DNA of 64,000 nucleotides from a candidate division WWE3 bacterium. GTDB lineage: Bacteria; Patescibacteriota; WWE3; UBA101185; UBA10185. The stretch covers positions 794,919-858,918 of the forward strand of contig WJKK01000001.1 in assembly GCA_014729135.1 (NCBI GenBank). Direction: 5' to 3'. The notes beneath the pieces were generated by a model. That model saw only the letters and a program-made list of their open reading frames with translations. It did not search any database and had not been told where the DNA came from. Numbering within the stretch: the first letter of the stretch is position 1; every line of letters starts with the position of its first letter. Of the stretch, positions 27,292 through 37,451 are shown piece by piece. The position numbers were made by a program, and so were the translations under genes.

Positions 27292-29448
27292 CTAAGAATC
27301 TTTAGCCTCGTCACCATCCTCACTCCCCTCAGCACCCTCCTCCAAAGGATTCTTCCAAGATGACCACTCACAATCCGGATAATTACTGCAACCAAAAAAC
27401 TCCCGACCCTTCGCCTTCTTCCTCACAACCTCCCCATCCTCACAATCAGGACACTTCATGCCAATCTTATCCAAATAAGGCTTCGTATTCTTACAATCAG
27501 GATAATTGCTGCACGCCAAAAACTTCCCATAACGCCCACGCTTCAAAATAAAATGACCATCATCACACTTATCACACTCCCCAAAATCCGTAATCTCCTT
27601 ACCGTCCTCATCAAAAACCTTATCCTCCTCCAAAGGCTCCGCATAATCACACTCCGGATAACCCGAACAACTCAAAAACTTCCCATACTTCCCCAACTTC
27701 ACAACAAGCTTATTCTTCTTACACTTGGGGCAAGTCTTATCCGTCTCCTCCAGCGTTGTAACATCCCTTTTATTAAGCTCTTTCTCCTTTTTCTCCAGAG
27801 TCTTCTCAAACGGAGTGTAAAACTCCTTAATAATTTTGTGCCAATCCTTGCCTTCATGAGCAATGGCATCCAAATCATCTTCCATTTCAGCCGTAAAGTC
27901 ATAACCAACTATTGACGGAAAGTGCTCTACTAAAAGGTCGGTTACTACATAAGCTACATCTTCAGGGATAAAATAACGACCTTCTTTGCGAATATATTTT
28001 CTTCTTTGGATTGTGGAAATTGTTGGAGCATACGTTGAGGGACGACCAATTCCTAATTCTTCCAACTTTTTTATCAGGGTTGCGTCAGAATATCTTGCAG
28101 GAGGTTGAGTAAAATGTTGATCCGTTCTTACTTCTTTTGCCTCTAGAGAAGTGCCTTCTTTTATCTCCGGGAGTTCAGTTAGCTCACCTGTAGAAGAACC
28201 AATTCCCAATTTTTCTCCAACAGCCAACCACCCTTTAAATGTAATGATAGAGCCGTTTGCTCGCAACATGTAACCTTTTTTAGACTCTATATCCACACGA
28301 GTTTGATCATAAACTGCGGGAACAGATTGGCATTCCAAAGCCCTTTGCCAAATCAATGAGTAAAGTTTGTGCTCATCCTTAGTTAGTTTCAACTTTTCAG
28401 GAGTGTTTTTAATGTCGGTGGGTCGAACAGCTTCATGCGCTTCCTGGGCTCCTTTGGATTTGGTCTTAAACTGCTTAGCTTTTTTAGGGATGTACTCCTC
28501 TCCTAGTTCTTTTTTCAAATGAGATCTGGTGCTTTTTACAAAAGCCGGCGCCAAGTTCAAGGAGTCAGTTCTGTGATACGTAATATGACCTTTCTCAAAG
28601 AGCTTTTGCGCTATGCCCATGGTCCTTCGAGCTGTAAACCCAAAAACATTAGAGGCTGCTCGCTGAAGTGTAGATGTCTTAAAGGGCTTAGGAGTCTTTC
28701 GCTTACGCTGACTCTTTTTAACTAAGGCAACCTCAAATTCGTCCTTTTCTAACTCCTTTTTAATCTTTTCAGCATCTTTTTCGTTGGAAATCTCAACCTT
28801 TTTGCCATCCTTTTTCTTTAAATCCGCCGTCAACTGCTCCTTTTTAGTGGTCAAAAAGTCAACGTCCAGTGTCCAATACTCCTCAACATCAAAGGCATCT
28901 CTTTCGCGCTCTTTTTCGACAATTAACCTTACGGCGACGCTTTGCACCCTTCCTGCGGAAAGCCCATAGCGAACTTTTTTCCAAAGGAGTGGTGACAGCT
29001 TATAACCTACAAGCCGATCTAAAACTCGACGAGCTTGCTGGGCATTTACAAGATCTTCGTTTAGCTCTGCGGGATGATCAAAGGCGTCCATAACGGCATC
29101 TTTTGTGAGCTCGTGGAAAAAGACGCGGGAGAATTTGAGATCTTTGTTTTTTTCTTTTAATAAGTGCTTTAAATGCCAGGCTATTGCCTCCCCTTCTCGG
29201 TCAGGGTCGGTTGCTAAAACCACTTCTTTTGTTTCTTTGGTAAGTTTTTGCAGCTCTTTTATAGTTTTTTTAGCTTTTTTAGGAACTACGTACTGCGGTT
29301 CAAAGTTGTTTTCTACATCTACACCGAGGTCTTTACGAGGAAGATCCCGTACGTGGCCTTTTGAGGATGTGACGGAGAATTTGTCCTTAGGTAAGTATTT
29401 AGATAGTGTTTTTGCTTTGGTTGGTGACTCTACAATTACTAGACTCAT
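27292..29448 (-). CDS. topA: DNA topoisomerase I
   Basis: Toprim N-terminus MSLVIVESPTKAKTLSKYL...GHVRDLP and multiple C-terminal C4 zinc-ribbon repeats. Confidence 0.9.
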   Translation of the reverse strand: MSLVIVESPTKAKTLSKYLPKDKFSVTSSKGHVRDLPRKDLGVDVENNFEPQYVVPKKAKKTIKELQKLTKETKEVVLATDPDREGEAIAWHLKHLLKEKNKDLKFSRVFFHELTKDAVMDAFDHPAELNEDLVNAQQARRVLDRLVGYKLSPLLWKKVRYGLSAGRVQSVAVRLIVEKERERDAFDVEEYWTLDVDFLTTKKEQLTADLKKKDGKKVEISNEKDAEKIKKELEKDEFEVALVKKSQRKRKTPKPFKTSTLQRAASNVFGFTARRTMGIAQKLFEKGHITYHRTDSLNLAPAFVKSTRSHLKKELGEEYIPKKAKQFKTKSKGAQEAHEAVRPTDIKNTPEKLKLTKDEHKLYSLIWQRALECQSVPAVYDQTRVDIESKKGYMLRANGSIITFKGWLAVGEKLGIGSSTGELTELPEIKEGTSLEAKEVRTDQHFTQPPARYSDATLIKKLEELGIGRPSTYAPTISTIQRRKYIRKEGRYFIPEDVAYVVTDLLVEHFPSIVGYDFTAEMEDDLDAIAHEGKDWHKIIKEFYTPFEKTLEKKEKELNKRDVTTLEETDKTCPKCKKNKLVVKLGKYGKFLSCSGYPECDYAEPLEEDKVFDEDGKEITDFGECDKCDDGHFILKRGRYGKFLACSNYPDCKNTKPYLDKIGMKCPDCEDGEVVRKKAKGREFFGCSNYPDCEWSSWKNPLEEGAEGSEDGDEAKDS

Positions 29449-29679
29449 ACTCTTTGAAGGATACTGGGTTGGGGGGTTTTATGCAAATGTAAGCTCAACC
29501 CTGCTTTCCGGCTCCACGACGTCATGTGCTCGGCTGTCTTTTTGCTCTTTTTCTGAAACGCTTGGCCAATGCAAGCATACCCGCCCTCTGTCTCCACGAC
29601 TCCATTTCATTTCGTAATGTCGCCAGAGGGAGGGCGTGCTTTTCGGGAACTGGAGTATGATACTCAAGAAAATGGGGGT

Positions 29680-31773
29680 TTATTCACGGTTCTCGGAAAA
29701 CCAGTAATCCAAGAGCGTGCGAGCAATAGGAGCAGCATCATCAGAACCCCCTCCCCCACCTTCCAAGAAAACCGTCAAAACAATTTCAGCATCCTCCAAG
29801 GGCCCCCAAACTGTAAACCAAGCATGCGTCCTTTCATTGCCTTGCGGATCAATATACTCAGAAGTTCCTGTCTTGCCGGCCAGCACCACTCCGTACTTTT
29901 CCGGAAAATCAAACACAGGGTAACCCGTTCCTCCCGGAGTAACCGCCCGTCGAAGCCCTTCACGAACCAAATCCAGAGTCTGCGGAGAAATTAAATCGCG
30001 CGCTAAAACCTCCTTTGAAGTTGCCTCCCCCGCCACCTCGGAAACCACACGAGGGCGCAGCAGCTCGCGCCCATTAGCAAAGTAAGAAGTCACCATATTC
30101 ACCTGCAAGGGAGTCGCCAAAAAGTCGCCCTGCCCAATGGAAGTGATGTAAGTGTCGCCCAAATACCAGTCTTTGTAGTCGCCATCAGGGACAAAGCCTG
30201 CCACTTCTCCCGGAATATCGATACCTGTTTTAGCGCCAAAGCCAAATTTTTTTGACCAATTGGAGATGCGGTCAATGCCTAGGCCTTCAATGTTGCCGTA
30301 GCCTCCTCCTATGGTGTAAAAGTAGGTGTCGTTGCTGACCTGGAGGGCTCTTAAGAGGTCCACTTGGCCATGCCCGTCGAGTTTCCAGTTTCTAAATGTG
30401 TAGCCTGCAACGGAAAGGTAACCGGGGTCGTTGATAGTGCTATAGGGTGTTATGGCGGATTCTTCGAGCGCTGCTGAGGCCATAACCATTTTATAGGTCG
30501 ATCCGGGAGGGTAGTTGGCGCCAATTGCTCTGTTGAAAAAGGGGTGGTTGTAGGTTTCTTCTAAGGTGGCAAGTTCGGCGGAGGTTACTCCTGAGACCAT
30601 TTTTTGGGCGTCAAAGGAGGGGTAGCTGGCTAGAGCAAGGACACCTCCGGTTTGTGGGTCTTGGGCTACAACGACTCCGGCGTCTGCTGTGGCTCCGGGG
30701 ATTTTTTCGTTTTCCGGAGTGGCGGGGCTGTTAGGGTCTGCGGAGGTGTTGGAGTTTTTGGAGGCGTCAACAGCTTTTTTCAGTTCTTCATAGGCTAGTT
30801 TTTGAAGGCCTATGTCGGCAAAAAGTTTAATGTTTTCGCCGGGAACGGGATCTTTGGTGTCAAACTCCCGGAGGCTTTCGTTGGAGGAGTTTACTTGAAT
30901 TAATCTTTGTCCGGAAATTCCTGTTAGTGGCTTGTTGTAGGAGGCTTCTAAGCCGGTTTTTCCTTCTATTAGTGGGGTTAGGCTTTCGTTGGAGAGGCCG
31001 GTGTAACCAAGGAGGTGTGCAAAGGCTTCGGGATAGTGGTAGTCGCGGGTGGGATAGGTTAGGACATCGATGGCGGGGACTTTTTGTGTTCCAAGGGAGT
31101 CCAGTAGTGAGGCGGATTCAAGCGAGAGGAGTTGATCTTTGTTAAGGTTCTGCGCAATTACAAGGGATTGAATTCCCGGTGTATCGAGTTGGGTGAGTTG
31201 AGGGACAGTCCTTTGAGGGGACAGTCCTTTCCAGGGACTGTCCTCTCCGAGGACAGTCCTCTTAAAGGACTGTCCCCTCCTCAGGTGATCGAGCGTGTCT
31301 GAGACTAGGCGTTTACAAAGAGTACGATCTTTACCCAAACTGCATCGGGACACATTAAGTACAAGGTTGAAAGTTGGGCGGTTTTGCGCAATTACTTCTC
31401 CTTTTTGATCAAAAATGACTCCTCGTGGGGCGGGAATTTCATAAGTACGTGTCCGATTTCTTTGAGCCAGTGCCTGATATTCCTTCGACTCCAAAACCTG
31501 TAATTTAAATGCTCGCGCAAAAAAAACTAAGAAACTTGCCAGCAATAAAAAAGTAAAAAACAAGAGGTGCCCATGAAAAGTTTTGCGACCGGAGTTAAAA
31601 TAGTCCTTACCTATTAGGGGATTAACCTCGTTTAAATGCGCACCCTCCCCTCCCCTTTTTAAACGGCTCCTTTTTGAACCGGACTTTCCCGGGTATTTAA
31701 AACGCAATAACCTCTTTAAAAAAGACTCCCCACCCTTTAACTCCTCAAAAAAGTTCGGATTTATTGCGTTCAT
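29680..31773 (-). CDS. mrdA: class B penicillin-binding protein 2 (elongasome transpeptidase), with an in-frame REP insertion
   Basis: SxxK (GSTYKM), SxN (VSNDTYF) and KTGT (AGKTGTSE) motifs; sits in the mreBCD-pbp2 arrangement. RRGQSFKRTVLGEDSPWKGLSPQRTVPQL is encoded by five copies of the GGAC(A/T)GTCC palindrome at 31202-31277. Confidence 0.85.
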   Translation of the reverse strand: MNAINPNFFEELKGGESFLKRLLRFKYPGKSGSKRSRLKRGGEGAHLNEVNPLIGKDYFNSGRKTFHGHLLFFTFLLLASFLVFFARAFKLQVLESKEYQALAQRNRTRTYEIPAPRGVIFDQKGEVIAQNRPTFNLVLNVSRCSLGKDRTLCKRLVSDTLDHLRRGQSFKRTVLGEDSPWKGLSPQRTVPQLTQLDTPGIQSLVIAQNLNKDQLLSLESASLLDSLGTQKVPAIDVLTYPTRDYHYPEAFAHLLGYTGLSNESLTPLIEGKTGLEASYNKPLTGISGQRLIQVNSSNESLREFDTKDPVPGENIKLFADIGLQKLAYEELKKAVDASKNSNTSADPNSPATPENEKIPGATADAGVVVAQDPQTGGVLALASYPSFDAQKMVSGVTSAELATLEETYNHPFFNRAIGANYPPGSTYKMVMASAALEESAITPYSTINDPGYLSVAGYTFRNWKLDGHGQVDLLRALQVSNDTYFYTIGGGYGNIEGLGIDRISNWSKKFGFGAKTGIDIPGEVAGFVPDGDYKDWYLGDTYITSIGQGDFLATPLQVNMVTSYFANGRELLRPRVVSEVAGEATSKEVLARDLISPQTLDLVREGLRRAVTPGGTGYPVFDFPEKYGVVLAGKTGTSEYIDPQGNERTHAWFTVWGPLEDAEIVLTVFLEGGGGGSDDAAPIARTLLDYWFSENRE
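31202..31277. repeat. REP palindrome array (5 copies of GGAC(A/T)GTCC) inside the mrdA coding sequence
   Basis: gggacagtcc tttgag gggacagtcc tttcca gggactgtcc tctccga ggacagtcc tcttaaa ggactgtcccc, read directly. Confidence 0.85.
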
Positions 31774-31778
31774 AAAAG

Positions 31779-32261
31779 CTAATTATAGCGACGCTTCCCC
31801 AAAAGATAAAAGAAAGCAAAACTTAATAGATTTAAAAGTAAAAAGGGCAAACTAAAAACTTCCGGTCCCTCTAACCGAAAACTCCACCAAATAAAGGAAA
31901 AAATAGTTAGAGTCAGCAAATAAAGAATGAGATTGCCGAAAAACTTGTTGACATAGTAGGTCACAAGCAGACATGCAAGCATGATTACAGAACTCACTCC
32001 CCAAAAACCGGGAGTTAGCAAGTCAAATAGCAGCCCTCCAATGAAGGCGCTAAAGCAGGCCTTATTGGTTTTTTCTAAGGCCAAAAGCGCCAAAGGCAAC
32101 GTAAAGATTAAAATAGGAGTTGCCTCCTGCAAAAAAACAGGCAAAAAGCTTCCTTGAATTAGAGCTGTCACTAAAGTCAACAAAGCGAGTCCAAAGTAGG
32201 AGCGCCAAGTGCTTTTAGATCTTTGTGAAAGGTCCTTGGAATGGATGTGTTTAGTCATCAT
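31779..32261 (-). CDS. mreD: rod shape-determining protein MreD (polytopic membrane protein)
   Basis: 160-aa multi-TM protein positioned between mreC and pbp2. Confidence 0.5.
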   Translation of the reverse strand: MMTKHIHSKDLSQRSKSTWRSYFGLALLTLVTALIQGSFLPVFLQEATPILIFTLPLALLALEKTNKACFSAFIGGLLFDLLTPGFWGVSSVIMLACLLVTYYVNKFFGNLILYLLTLTIFSFIWWSFRLEGPEVFSLPFLLLNLLSFAFFYLLGKRRYN

Positions 32262-32335
32262 AAGATATATTGAAAGCGGTCTTTACTTCTAGATTTTTCA
32301 AAGAGAGTCAACCCCAATGACTTAGAAATCAAAAG

Positions 32336-33322
32336 CTAAAGACCCTCCTCCCGCAAACTTAATAAAACAAAAACCTTACTTAAGCGTTCAAGCTCCAATA
32401 AAGGAATCACCTGGGCACTCTTTAAAGGCTGCGTGGGCTCCGCCTCAATTTTACCAACTCGGCCAACAATGTAGTTGGGCTTGAAAAAACCTTCCCTTCC
32501 GGAGGTCAAGAGCAGGTCGCCTTCCGTCAGTGGTTCCTTTTGCAGCACCCTTGTTAGCTTTAGAGAAGTTCCAAAGTCGCCAGTGACGATTCCTTCGGTC
32601 TGGTAAGGGCTTGTTGATTGAAGGGAGGTTGCTGGAGTTTCTTGGGAGGCGTCCGATTCAGGGGATTCCGATGAGTTCGGAGAAACGTCTGCTTCCTCAT
32701 TACCTGCTTTACCTGGAACCAAGGCCTCAAACGAAAACCGCTTAACAGGAACCTTCAACTCCGGCGAATACAAAAGCTCAACCAAACTGCTAAACTTTCC
32801 TGCCTCCTTTACGCGAGCCACCAAAAAATTCTTGTAAACAAGCAAATCGCCCTGCTTAATCTGCTTGTTAGAGCCTGCATTTATGTACGCAGTAGAATTC
32901 GTTGTATCTGTAGGGTTTCCTGTCAACGAAACAAGCAGAAGTTTTTCTTGAGAGTTGTGCAAAGTAGGCGTCGGTGGCTGTGGCACTTCTAACCAGGAAG
33001 TGCTATCCTCTATTGTTGTACCTACCAAATCGGGATTTTTCAGAAAAAACTGATCCTGCAAAACTCCATATTCTTCCACAAAATCCTGATAAGAAGCCTT
33101 TTCGGACTGAAGATTCAAAACCCGCGCCTTCAAATCCTGATTTTCCCGGTAAATAGAGCGTATGTTGACCAAAAAGGTTGCGTAATCCTGCGTTTGAAGA
33201 GCAGCTTCCCTAAAAGGAATAGATAAAAAGTTTAAACTTGCCCCGCCCGCCTCCTCGATTGGATGGGAAACTCCTAAAAAGGAGAGTATAAGTATGAAAA
33301 TTGCTGCCAAAAGATATTTCAT
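32336..33322 (-). CDS. mreC: rod shape-determining protein MreC
   Basis: N-terminal TM helix, a coiled-coil segment and a beta-rich C-terminal domain; immediately downstream of mreB. Confidence 0.6.
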   Translation of the reverse strand: MKYLLAAIFILILSFLGVSHPIEEAGGASLNFLSIPFREAALQTQDYATFLVNIRSIYRENQDLKARVLNLQSEKASYQDFVEEYGVLQDQFFLKNPDLVGTTIEDSTSWLEVPQPPTPTLHNSQEKLLLVSLTGNPTDTTNSTAYINAGSNKQIKQGDLLVYKNFLVARVKEAGKFSSLVELLYSPELKVPVKRFSFEALVPGKAGNEEADVSPNSSESPESDASQETPATSLQSTSPYQTEGIVTGDFGTSLKLTRVLQKEPLTEGDLLLTSGREGFFKPNYIVGRVGKIEAEPTQPLKSAQVIPLLELERLSKVFVLLSLREEGL

Positions 33323-33403
33323 TCGATTTTTATTTTACAGGTTTTTGAGGTGGGAGTTTCCTGCAAGCTGCTTTACCGTCAAACACCCAGCCGACACAGC
33401 CAA

Positions 33404-34477
33404 CTAATCCACACGCACCAAATCCAAAAGCATCTCATCCTCCAGCAACTTCCCACAGCCGCGAACAACACAAGAAATAGGATCCTCCGCCAAATGAACA
33501 GGTGCTTTAAGCTCTTTGGACAATAAAAGATCCAGATTCTTAAGCTGAGAAGTGCCTCCGGCCAAAACAGCACCGGAAGACAAGATGTCAGGCATCAACT
33601 CTGCAGGAGTGGCCTCTATCACATCCTTGACTGCATTGATAATAAGGGTCAGGGAACCTTTCATGGCCTCCTCCAGCTCCTCAGGGGATGCCTTAATTGA
33701 ACGCGGTAATCCGGTTTTTAAATCCCGACCCTGAAAAACCAAAGCGTCCTGCACACCTTCACGCGAGGCCTCCAAACGACTCCCTCCGGAAACCCCCTCC
33801 ACTAAAGCGCTGCCAAAAGCACACTTCAAAGCCTCCGCTGTCCCCTCCCCCAACAAAAGATTGTATTTTTTGCGGGCATAATTAACGATGTCCATGTCCA
33901 ACTGATCCCCCGCCACACGAAGCGAATTACTTATAACCATGCCTCCCAAAGAGATGACTGCAATTTCCGTGGTGCCGCCGCCAATGTCCACAATCAAATT
34001 TCCGGCTGCTTTCTTAACGGGAAGACCTGCTCCAATTGCTGCAGCCATGGGTTCTTCCACTAAAATGGCTTTGCGCGCACCGGCGGTTAGCGCGGAGTCA
34101 ATTACGGCCTTCCTTTCCACTGAGGTCAATCCTGAGGGAACACCTATGACGATTTTGGGCTTGGGATATTTGGGGAATTTTGTGGGAATGGCGTTAACGG
34201 ATTTTATGAAGTGCTCTAGCATTTTTTCGGTGGCGTAAAAGTCTGAGATGACGCCGTTGCGAAGGGGTCTGATGGCTTCTAATGTTTGAGGGGTTTTGCC
34301 TAGCATCTTTTTGGCCTCAGCTCCAACGGCCAAAATCTGTTTCGTTTTTTTGTGGATGGTTACTACGCTGGGCTCGTTTATGAGGATGCCTTTACCTTTG
34401 ACATAAACCAGTATGTTGGCGGTTCCAAGGTCTATCCCAATATCGTAGGAAATCTTGCTCAAAATTTTATCAATCAT
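33404..34477 (-). CDS. mreB: rod shape-determining protein MreB (actin homolog)
   Basis: DIGIDLGTANILVYVKGKGILINEPSVV and the other actin-fold motifs. Confidence 0.9.
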   Translation of the reverse strand: MIDKILSKISYDIGIDLGTANILVYVKGKGILINEPSVVTIHKKTKQILAVGAEAKKMLGKTPQTLEAIRPLRNGVISDFYATEKMLEHFIKSVNAIPTKFPKYPKPKIVIGVPSGLTSVERKAVIDSALTAGARKAILVEEPMAAAIGAGLPVKKAAGNLIVDIGGGTTEIAVISLGGMVISNSLRVAGDQLDMDIVNYARKKYNLLLGEGTAEALKCAFGSALVEGVSGGSRLEASREGVQDALVFQGRDLKTGLPRSIKASPEELEEAMKGSLTLIINAVKDVIEATPAELMPDILSSGAVLAGGTSQLKNLDLLLSKELKAPVHLAEDPISCVVRGCGKLLEDEMLLDLVRVD

Positions 34478-34494
34478 ATGGTGAGTTTAGCAGA

Positions 34495-35276
34495 GGGGAC
34501 AGTCCTCTTAAAGGACTGTCCCCTTTTGAAATTCTAGTTTAGCTAGAATATTGGTTTGAAAAAGGATTATAGGATGAAAAAAAGCGGAGATTAATCTTCG
34601 AGATTTACAAATCTTTTATACCCGGGACCGGACTTTTTGAAGTGCTGAAGCACTTCCGAAGTATCCAAAAACTTAAAACTTTTCCCGGGCGAAACAGCAG
34701 AATCCTGATAAAAAGAAAAGCTGGAATAGGGATAAGAAAAGATCTCTTTGTCTAATTCCAAGGGATTGCGGTGAATGTAGCGACTAACATGCAAAAGATC
34801 GGCGGAATCCTTAATAAGACGAGCCTTATACCGACCCTCCAACAAACGACCTCTAAGAGCGTATCTGCCTTTACAATAAAAAACATAACTGAGCTGTAAG
34901 CTTTTCATGAAGCGCGACATGTCATATTCTTCCTTTTGTTTTAAAAGAAGGTGAAAATGCGTGGGCATCAGACAAAAAGCATAAAGAGATATTTTTTCGT
35001 GGAAAGTTTTTCTATTACTTATAGGATTATTTCTTTCTAAAAGCTTATCCCTCAAAAAACTAAGGAAAACTTTGTAATCTTGTTCATCGCGAAACAACAA
35101 ACCTCGATCATTGGCTCTATTATAGGCGTGATAGATACCCTCTTCTTGATAATCTTTTAGAGCATTCTTGGCGGGCATATTTAAATCCTACTCAATATTT
35201 AGTCCAATTCAAGTGCCTATATTCTAGTTAAATTGGAATCTCTAAAAAAGGGACAGTCCTCTTAAAGGACTGTCCC
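34495..35276 (-). mobile_element. RAYT (REP-associated tyrosine transposase) gene flanked on both sides by REP hairpins
   Basis: REP GGGACAGTCCTCTTAAAGGACTGTCCC at 34495-34524 and 35250-35276 brackets the tnpA-like ORF. Confidence 0.65.
34591..35178 (-). CDS. REP-associated tyrosine transposase (IS200/IS605-like Y1 HUH transposase)
   Basis: HUH motif PTHFHLLLK; catalytic Tyr region SRYIHRNPLE (the YxxxNP pattern of RAYTs); N-terminal YHAYNRANDRGLLF. Confidence 0.7.
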   Translation of the reverse strand: MPAKNALKDYQEEGIYHAYNRANDRGLLFRDEQDYKVFLSFLRDKLLERNNPISNRKTFHEKISLYAFCLMPTHFHLLLKQKEEYDMSRFMKSLQLSYVFYCKGRYALRGRLLEGRYKARLIKDSADLLHVSRYIHRNPLELDKEIFSYPYSSFSFYQDSAVSPGKSFKFLDTSEVLQHFKKSGPGYKRFVNLED

Positions 35277-35302
35277 TTCCAAAAATATGGTAAAATGGCG
35301 GT

Positions 35303-35827
35303 ATGGCAATAGTAACCATAGTAAAGGCGCCAAACCCCCTCCTGGATAAACCAACCGAAACAGTGGAACAGTTTGGCAAAAACACAGAAACCGCCGAAAC
35401 AATCAAGGACCTCAAAGACACACTAGACGCTGCAAGTGAACCCGAAGGAGCAGGTCTATCCGCAAATCAAATAGGCATCAACAAAAACGTCTGTGTAGTT
35501 CGCAAATTCTTCCAAGACCCAATGGACCCAAACACGCAACTCTTTGAAGAAAAAGTCCTCATTAACCCCAAAATCACAAACTCCTCAAAAGAGACAGAAA
35601 CCGACTGGGAAGGCTGCCTTAGCGTCCCCGACACCTACGGCAAAGTCACCCGCCCAACAAAAATCCAAATAACCTATCAAGACGAATCAAGCACCTCTCA
35701 AAAACTTATAGCAGAAGGATTTTACGCCAGAGTCATCCAACATGAAATCGACCACCTCAATGGAATCCTCTTTACCTCCAAAGTCGAAGGAAACACCGTC
35801 ACCGGAGACTATTTCAAGGACAACTAA
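35303..35827 (+). CDS. def: peptide deformylase
   Basis: Motifs GAGLSANQIG, EGCLSVPD and HEIDHLNG. Confidence 0.9.
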   Translation: MAIVTIVKAPNPLLDKPTETVEQFGKNTETAETIKDLKDTLDAASEPEGAGLSANQIGINKNVCVVRKFFQDPMDPNTQLFEEKVLINPKITNSSKETETDWEGCLSVPDTYGKVTRPTKIQITYQDESSTSQKLIAEGFYARVIQHEIDHLNGILFTSKVEGNTVTGDYFKDN

Positions 35828-35833
35828 CTAAAA

Positions 35834-36808
35834 ATGAACTTAAACATTGCTTTTTTTGGAACTTCGGATAGAGCCACTCCCCTACTGGAGGCTCTAAACG
35901 GCGATCCACAACTAAACTTAAAACTTGTTGTAACAAAAACGGATCGCAAAATGGGAAGGCATCAAAAACTTAAACCCACGCAAGTTAAGGAGTGGGCTGA
36001 AAAGCATAACATAGCAAAATTTGAGCTTAAAAATCAGAGGGATTTTCAAAAGAAAGAAAAGGCTTTACTAAGGGAACTTAGCAAACAAAGAATAGATCTG
36101 ATAATTGTGGCAGATTTTGGCTTCATGGTACCGGAGACTCTAATTCAAACATATAAAGGCAAAATTATAAACGTACATTTTTCACTTCTCCCTAAATATC
36201 GCGGGGCAAACCCGGTGCAAGCTGCAATTATAAACGGCGACAAAGAAACCGGAATCACTTTTATCCTTATGGAAGAAGGCTTAGACTCAGGACCAATTCT
36301 CCACCAAATTAAACATCCCCTAACAAAAAAGGAAACAACGGGAATGCTTTATAAAGAGCTTTTTGACCTGGCAGCCAAGCGCCTCCCCGAAACAGTGAAA
36401 AAGTATGCCAATCAAGAATTAACACCTCAACAACAAGACGATAGTAAAGCGGAAATTTACTACTCCCCCTCCCACCCCAAAAGCACGTACATTTACAAGG
36501 AGGATGCCAAAATTAACTGGAATGAAACACCGCAGCAAATAGAGCAAAAGATTCGGGCGTTTAATCCCTGGCCTATTGCCTGGACCACTTTGGAGGCGTT
36601 AGAGCATAATGAAAAGTTAGAGGATTTGGCTTTACGGGAGGGTGTGGATGCCTCCCTAAGGGTTAAGATTTTTTCAGCAGAGGTGGTGGAAAAGGAAATG
36701 GCAGAGGCCGGTTCTAAAAAAAGCAAGCTAATCCCTAAAACAATTCAAGTGGCGGGAAAAAAGAAAACCTCTTGGGAAAACTTTAAAAACGGCTACGCAA
36801 AGAAATAA
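35834..36808 (+). CDS. fmt: methionyl-tRNA formyltransferase
   Basis: N-terminal formyltransferase domain with NVHFSLLPKYRGANPVQAAI; a C-terminal domain; adjacent to def. Confidence 0.85.
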   Translation: MNLNIAFFGTSDRATPLLEALNGDPQLNLKLVVTKTDRKMGRHQKLKPTQVKEWAEKHNIAKFELKNQRDFQKKEKALLRELSKQRIDLIIVADFGFMVPETLIQTYKGKIINVHFSLLPKYRGANPVQAAIINGDKETGITFILMEEGLDSGPILHQIKHPLTKKETTGMLYKELFDLAAKRLPETVKKYANQELTPQQQDDSKAEIYYSPSHPKSTYIYKEDAKINWNETPQQIEQKIRAFNPWPIAWTTLEALEHNEKLEDLALREGVDASLRVKIFSAEVVEKEMAEAGSKKSKLIPKTIQVAGKKKTSWENFKNGYAKK

Positions 36809-36957
36809 ACAGGCCATAAAACAAGCCGGAAATATCCCTTACTAAGAGTGAAAACCCTGGGAAATTGCAAAGGCTGTTCAGGTGACCAAATTTGAACGGT
36901 ACTGCCGTACAAGCCCCGCAAACCACGAAAACAACTCAGGCCGAACAAAACAAAAGC

Positions 36958-37182
36958 CTACTCAAAAGCCTTGCGAACATACTCCGGATCCTTCTTAGTT
37001 CGCTTCAAGCAAGAAGCACACAAAGTCAGCTTCACGCGCTTCCCATCAACCTCAAAACGCTTATTTCGCAAATTAGGCTGCTGTCTGCGAATCGTCCTGC
37101 GAGTAACACGCTTACCAATTCCTCGCGGAACGGAGTTTCCTTTTTTTGCTGTTTTCTGACATATTTGACAAATTCGTGCCAT
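36958..37182 (-). CDS. rpmB: 50S ribosomal protein L28
   Basis: MARICQICQKTAKKGNSVPRGIGKRVTRRTIRRQQPNLRNKRF; start trimmed to MARICQ. Confidence 0.8.
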   Translation of the reverse strand: MARICQICQKTAKKGNSVPRGIGKRVTRRTIRRQQPNLRNKRFEVDGKRVKLTLCASCLKRTKKDPEYVRKAFE

Positions 37183-37451
37183 AACATTGGGATTAAAGCA
37201 TAAAGGCACTCCCCTGTCAACGAGCATGCTTTTTGGTGGGTGTTTTTATGGGAGTGTTGTGTTTTTTATTGGTTTTCGTTTAGAGGGGGGGGTTTTTAAG
37301 TAGTACAAAGGATTATCTTAAACACGGCAGGAGTTTTAATGGAGTGGCTATAGGTTGCGTTAAGGCGGGATTTGCTTTATACTTCCAGGCATAGATAAGT
37401 CCGGTGGAGGCGAATTCCCGCCCCACCTCATGGAACCAAGAGGAGAAAAAG

